DNA from: Octopus sinensis
Lineage: Eukaryota
NCBI RefSeq assembly: GCF_006345805.1
Contig: NW_021831986.1
Span: 62,001 to 126,000 of the forward strand
Direction: 5' to 3'
DNA: 64,000 nucleotides
Shown here: one piece after another, positions 56,563 through 64,000 of the stretch
Position numbering within the stretch: position 1 is the stretch's first letter
How the letters are laid out: every line of letters starts with the position of its first letter
The notes under the pieces: generated by a model
Seen by the model: only the letters and a program-made list of their open reading frames with translations
What the model was told of the DNA's origin: nothing
Databases searched by the model: none
Translations under genes and position numbers: made by a program

Positions 56563-58627
56563 TAGTTTTATTTTTATAGCGTGCTTTCATTTCACTACCG
56601 AGCGCAGCTCTGTGTGCCCTAGGTATGTGCTGTGATTTGTTGTGATGCTCTGATGGTTATTGTATGGAAAGTGTTCTGCGTGGCATGTGTGCAGTGCCTA
56701 GTAGTGCAATTTTCTGTATGTTATATGTGTTTGTAAGTCCTTTTTTTGTTATGTATTTTTATGAATAATTTTTATCATGCCTAATGCACCTACAATGATA
56801 GGAATTGTTTCTGTTTTTAGTTTCCACATTCTGGTTACCTCTATTTCCAGGTCTTTGTATTTTAAAAGTTTCTCCATTTCTTTAGAGACACGTTGTCATC
56901 TGCCGGTATTCATACATTAATTAGAAAGCATTTTTTTCTTCATGATCTCTGACAACTATATCTGGTCTGTTGGCCTTAATTTCTCTGTTTGTGTGTATCG
57001 GCATATGCCAGAGTATGGTTGCTTTCTCGTTTTCTGTTACCTTTTCTGGTGTGTGCCTATACCATCTTTTTTCTGTTGTTATTCCATAATGTTGGCATAG
57101 CTTCCAATGTATGTAGGTTCCTTCTCAGCCATGACTTATTGTTTCTTGTCCATCTCCACATATTCTGCAGTTACTTGTTATATTTCTCTTCATTACATGT
57201 TTTTGGTAATTTCTTGTGGGGAGGCTTTGGTCTTGTGCTGCAATTAAAAATCCCATTGTCTTTGCTTTGTCCTGAGCTTCTCAACCATTGCTTGGACTTA
57301 TCTTTGTCTATTTCTTTTGCGATTAGTTTAGTCCAGTATTTACCAGGAAGGGGCTTTTCTTGCCATCGCTTTATCATGGTATGTTGCTGTTCTATTTGTA
57401 GTTTGGATTTCATTTGTTTTATAGCTTTTGTTGTTTCTTCATTTTCTTCTTTTTCTTCTTCATATTTATTAGGTGGTATGATTTCTTGTTTGTATTTGTC
57501 AGCTTCCTTAAATACTGAGAACAGTTTTTTGTTTTGCTCGTGTTTTGCCGCTATTTTATCAGTTTTCCTTCCTTCTGAAGTAGATATCTTTGCAGTCCTA
57601 TGGTGGTTATTTTATAGTAGTTTTCCAGCTGTATAAGGCCTCTACCACCTTCTATACGTTGTATATATAGTCTTTCTATGTCAGATTTTGGGTGATGCAT
57701 CCTAGATCCTGTCATTATTTTTCTTGTTTTCCTATCTATTTTGTCAGTTCATTTAGTGTCCAGTTAAGGATATTGTAGCTGTAACTTAAGGATATTGTAG
57801 CTGTAATGGATTCCTAAGTATTTGTAAGTTTGGCTTTGGTTTAATTCTTTTATTTCATTGGTTTTATCTAGTGTGATGTTGCTACTCTTAACTAGTTTTC
57901 CTCTTTTCAGGGTTACTTTGGCGCATTTTTCTAATCCAAATTTCATATCTATTTCTTTGGTAAATCCATGAACTGACTTTAATAGTGTTTCCAGCTGTTT
58001 GTCATTTGCAGCGTATAGTTTTTGGTCATCCATATATAAAAGGTGGCTGATCGCTTTGCCGTAACATTTATATCCGCATCCAGTTCTATTTAGCATATCA
58101 GATAGAGGTGACAGTGCCAAGCAGAAAAGGAATGGAGAGAGCGTGTCTCCCTGGAATATTCCTCTTCTAATGGGGATGGCTTTGGTTTTCATGAGTCCCT
58201 CTTTTGTTTGGAGCTGTAGCACTGTTTGCCATTTATTCATAGAGTGCTCTATGAATTTTATGATTGTTGGTGCTACTTTGTTAATGGCTAGTGTTTCGAG
58301 GTTCCATATGTGGGGGATACTATCAAACGCCTTTTTGTAGTCGATCCAGGCCATACTGAGACCTTTCTTCTTTCTGTGGCTGTCTTCAGTTACGGCTTTA
58401 TTAACCATTAGTTGATCTTTACAGCCATATGAGCACTTGCGGCATCCTTTCTGCTCTTCTGGGAACAGTTTGTTTTCGTCCAGGTGCTTGTTCAACATTT
58501 GCGATATCACTGCAGTAAATGCCTTGTACAATGCAGGGAGATAGGTTATTGGTCTGTAGTTTTCTGGATTTGCTGTCTCATTTGAATTGAGAATTAAGAT
58601 GGTTTTCCCCTTCGTGAGCCATTCAGG
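56560..58627 (-). mobile_element. Family B, RT to 3' end, degraded with internal deletions (B10)
   Basis: RT motifs in ORF 57764-58825 (WIDYKKAFDS, IFQGDTLSP, YMDD); reverse-complement B 3'UTR at 56560. Confidence 0.88.
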
Positions 58628-58638
58628 AATTATTAATA

Positions 58639-58708
<70 letters not shown>

Positions 58709-58713
58709 CATCA

Positions 58714-58775
<62 letters not shown>

Positions 58776-58776
<1 letters not shown>

Positions 58777-60026
58777 TATGTTTGACTTTTGCTTTATATT
58801 TGTACAAGTTGGCTCCAAGTCTCACCCAGAGACCTCAAGAGACAACAGGTTGGAAGTTCATGTTGTTCTTATGCCTAGTGTGACATATATTGGGGGGGGG
58901 GAGTTATTGGTGTTGTACTAACGAATGTCTAAAAAAAATCTTTTTTTTCTTTTTAAAACCGGTAATTATGTTTGTATAAACCTTAAGATTACATAGAGAG
59001 TATTTTGCGTAGGGTATGAGCAGTTCCCATGAGCACTATCTTTTGAATTTCTGCCATTTTTGGATTTCCTGGTATCTGAGTTAGGTAGCTATCAGCCCCT
59101 TTTGCTATCATTCCCAGCGCACCTATGACAACAGGTATTGTTTTAGTCTTCAGCTTCCACATTTTGCTGATTTCTATTTCAAGATCTTTATATTTGCTCA
59201 GTTTTTGGTAGGTCTTGACAGATACGTTTATATCGATTGGGACAGTCATATCAATGAGGAGGTATGTTCTTTGTTTGAAGTCTTTCAATATGATGTCTGG
59301 CCTATTTGCATCTATCTTCCTTTCAGTTTGAATGGCGAAGTTCCAGAGGAGTGAGATGTGGTCATTTTCAAGCACTGGGGGTGGTTTGTGTTCCCACCAG
59401 TTTTTTTCATTGGGCAAATCCAAGTTTTTACAGATTACCCAGTGAATATATTGTGCAGCTCTATCGTGTCTGTTGAGATATTCTGTAGGCGCTAGAAGAC
59501 TGCACTTGGTGACCACATGGTCAATGGTTTCATTTTGTTGTCGGCATACACGACACGTTGGACTGCTTCTGATCTTTAATATGTTGGCCTGGTAGTTTCT
59601 TGTTGGTAGGCATTGATCTTGAGCTGCTATGTTAAACCCCTCTGTTTCAGATTTTAAGCCAGAGGCCATTAGCCATTGATGGATCAGGGCTTTGTCAACA
59701 TCTGCATTATTTGCTCTCTTTGGGTATTTGCCATAGAGAGGTTTTTCTTTCCATTTATCATTCAGAATATCTAAGGCCGCAGATTTAGCACGGGTTTTCA
59801 TGCGCTTAACTTTTTCTGTGCCTGTTTCTTGTATGTCTATCTCTAATTCCGAAATTTGTTATATTCGGAATTCACTTAGATATTCCTTTGCCTGTTTTGT
59901 GACTGAGTATGATGCTTTCTTGTTTTCATGTTTTGAGACAAGTTTTAACATCCAGTCCTCAGAGTTTTTCAGGTAGGTGTCTAGGCCAATTGTAGCAATC
60001 TTCATTGTTATTGCCAGTTGTAAAAG
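58776..60026 (-). mobile_element. Family A 3' part (A9)
   Basis: ORF 58989-59801 knuckle+RLE ending LRKILSM; A-type 3'UTR. Confidence 0.9.
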
Positions 60027-60050
60027 TCTATTATTATTATTATTATTATT

Positions 60051-61305
60051 CTATGTTTGACTCTTGCTTTATGTCTGTACAAGTTGGCTCCAAGTCTCAC
60101 CCAGAGACCTCAAGAGACAACAGGTTGGAAGTTCCGTGCAATATATTTGGGGTTTTTTTTGGTGTTGTCCTAGTGAATGTCTAATACATAAAAATAAAAT
60201 TTTTAAAAAATTAAAATAAAAAAAATAAAATAGAATAAAATAAATAAATAAATAAATTTTTAAAAAGTTTGTTTTAAACCTTGGGATTACATAGAGAGTA
60301 TTTTGCGTAGGATATGAGCAGTTCCCATGAGCACTATCTTTTGAATTTCTGCCATTTTGTGGTTTCCTGGTATCTGAGTTAGGTAGCAATTAGTCCCTTT
60401 CGCTATCATTCCCAGGGTACCTATGACAACAGGTATTGTTTTAGTCTTCAGCTTCCACATTTTGCTGATTTCTATTTCAAGATCTTTATATTTGCTCAGT
60501 TTTTGGTAGGTCTTGACAGATACGTTTATATCGATTAGGACAGTCATATCAATGAGGAGGCATGTTCTTTGTTTGAAGTCTTTCAATATGATGTCTGGCC
60601 TATTTGCATCTATCTTCCTGTCAGTTTGAATGGTGAAGTTCCAAAGGAGTGAGATGTGGTCATTTTCAAGCACTGGAGGTGGATTGTGTTCCCACCAGTT
60701 TTTTTCATGGGCCAAATCCAGGTTTTTACAGATTACCCAGTGAATATATTGTGCAGCTCTATCGTGCCTGTTCAGATATTCTGTAGGCGCTAGAAGACTG
60801 CACTTGGTGACCACATGGTCAATGGTTTCATTTTGTTGTCGGCATACACGACACGTTGGACTGCTTCTGATCTTTAATATGTTGGCTGGTAGTTTCTTGT
60901 TGGTAGCCATTGATCTTGAGCTGCTATGTTAAACCCCTCTGTTTCAGATTTTAAGCCAGAGGCCATTAGCCATTGATGGATCAGGGCTTTGTCAACATCT
61001 GCATTATTTGCTCTCTTTGGGTATTTGCCATAGAGAGGTTTTTCTTGCCATTTATCATTCAGAATATCGAAGGCCGCAGATTTAGCACGGGTTTTCATGC
61101 GCTTAGCTTTTTCTGTGCCTGTTTCTTGTATGTCTATCTCTAATTCCGAAATTTGTTATATTCGGAATTCACTTAGATATTCCTTTGCCTGTTTTGTGAC
61201 TGAGTATGATGCTTTCTTGTTTTCATGTTTTGAGACAAGTTTTAACATCCAGTCCTCAGAGTTTTTCAGGTGTCTAGGCCAATTGTAGCAATCTTCATTG
61301 TTATT
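60051..61305 (-). mobile_element. Family A 3' part, mosaic (A10)
   Basis: ORFs 60874-61098 and 60287-60910; variant 3'UTR. Confidence 0.9.
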
Positions 61306-61326
61306 ATTATTATTATTATTATTATT

Positions 61327-63841
<2,515 letters not shown>

Positions 63842-63842
<1 letters not shown>

Positions 63843-63931
63843 TATGTTTGACTTTTGCTTTATATTTGTACAAGTTGGCTCCAAGTCTCACCCAGAGACC
63901 TCAAGAGACAACAGGGTTGGAAGTTCATGTT
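63842..63931 (-). mobile_element. Family A terminal 3'UTR fragment (A12)
   Basis: reverse complement of aacatgaacttcc...aaacatag. Confidence 0.85.
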
Positions 63932-64000
63932 ATACTCAGTAACAAAACAGGCAAAGGAATATCTAAGTGAATTCCGAATACAACAAATTTCGGAATTAGA
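63932..64000 (+). mobile_element. Family A internal ORF fragment in opposite orientation (A13; runs off window)
   Basis: atactcagtaacaaaacaggcaaaggaatatctaag matches A copies (YSVTKQAKEYLSEF). Confidence 0.85.

Overview
This is eukaryotic, very AT-rich repeat DNA with no recognisable host gene. Two SINEs resemble, from memory, octopus/cephalopod repeats, so the host is an inference. The window is a dense nest of about 35 mostly 5'-truncated, decayed non-LTR retrotransposon pieces of the R4/Dong type. Each full element has one ORF: N-terminal KWT motif, RT with YMDD, CCHC knuckle, RHD, and a PD-(D/E)xK restriction-like endonuclease. They fall into three clearly distinct families, here called A (ORF ends ILRKILSM), B (ends LRRTLSIQ) and C (ends LRSALSM), and sit in long (AAT)n microsatellites, the known Dong target. 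All Dong-like copies are on the + strand up to about 53.38 kb. They are on the - strand, with (ATT)n, from there to about 63.93 kb, where the orientation flips again inside an A copy. Also present: five copies of an unclassified ~554-bp non-coding element (X) always bounded by AAT, two SINEs, one near-full-length B element (12.5-16.4 kb), and several layers of tandem or higher-order duplication, including a ~1.25/1.7-kb higher-order repeat built from degenerate microsatellite. The many poly-Ile/Asn/Tyr/Leu ORFs in the track are translation artefacts of the triplet repeats.
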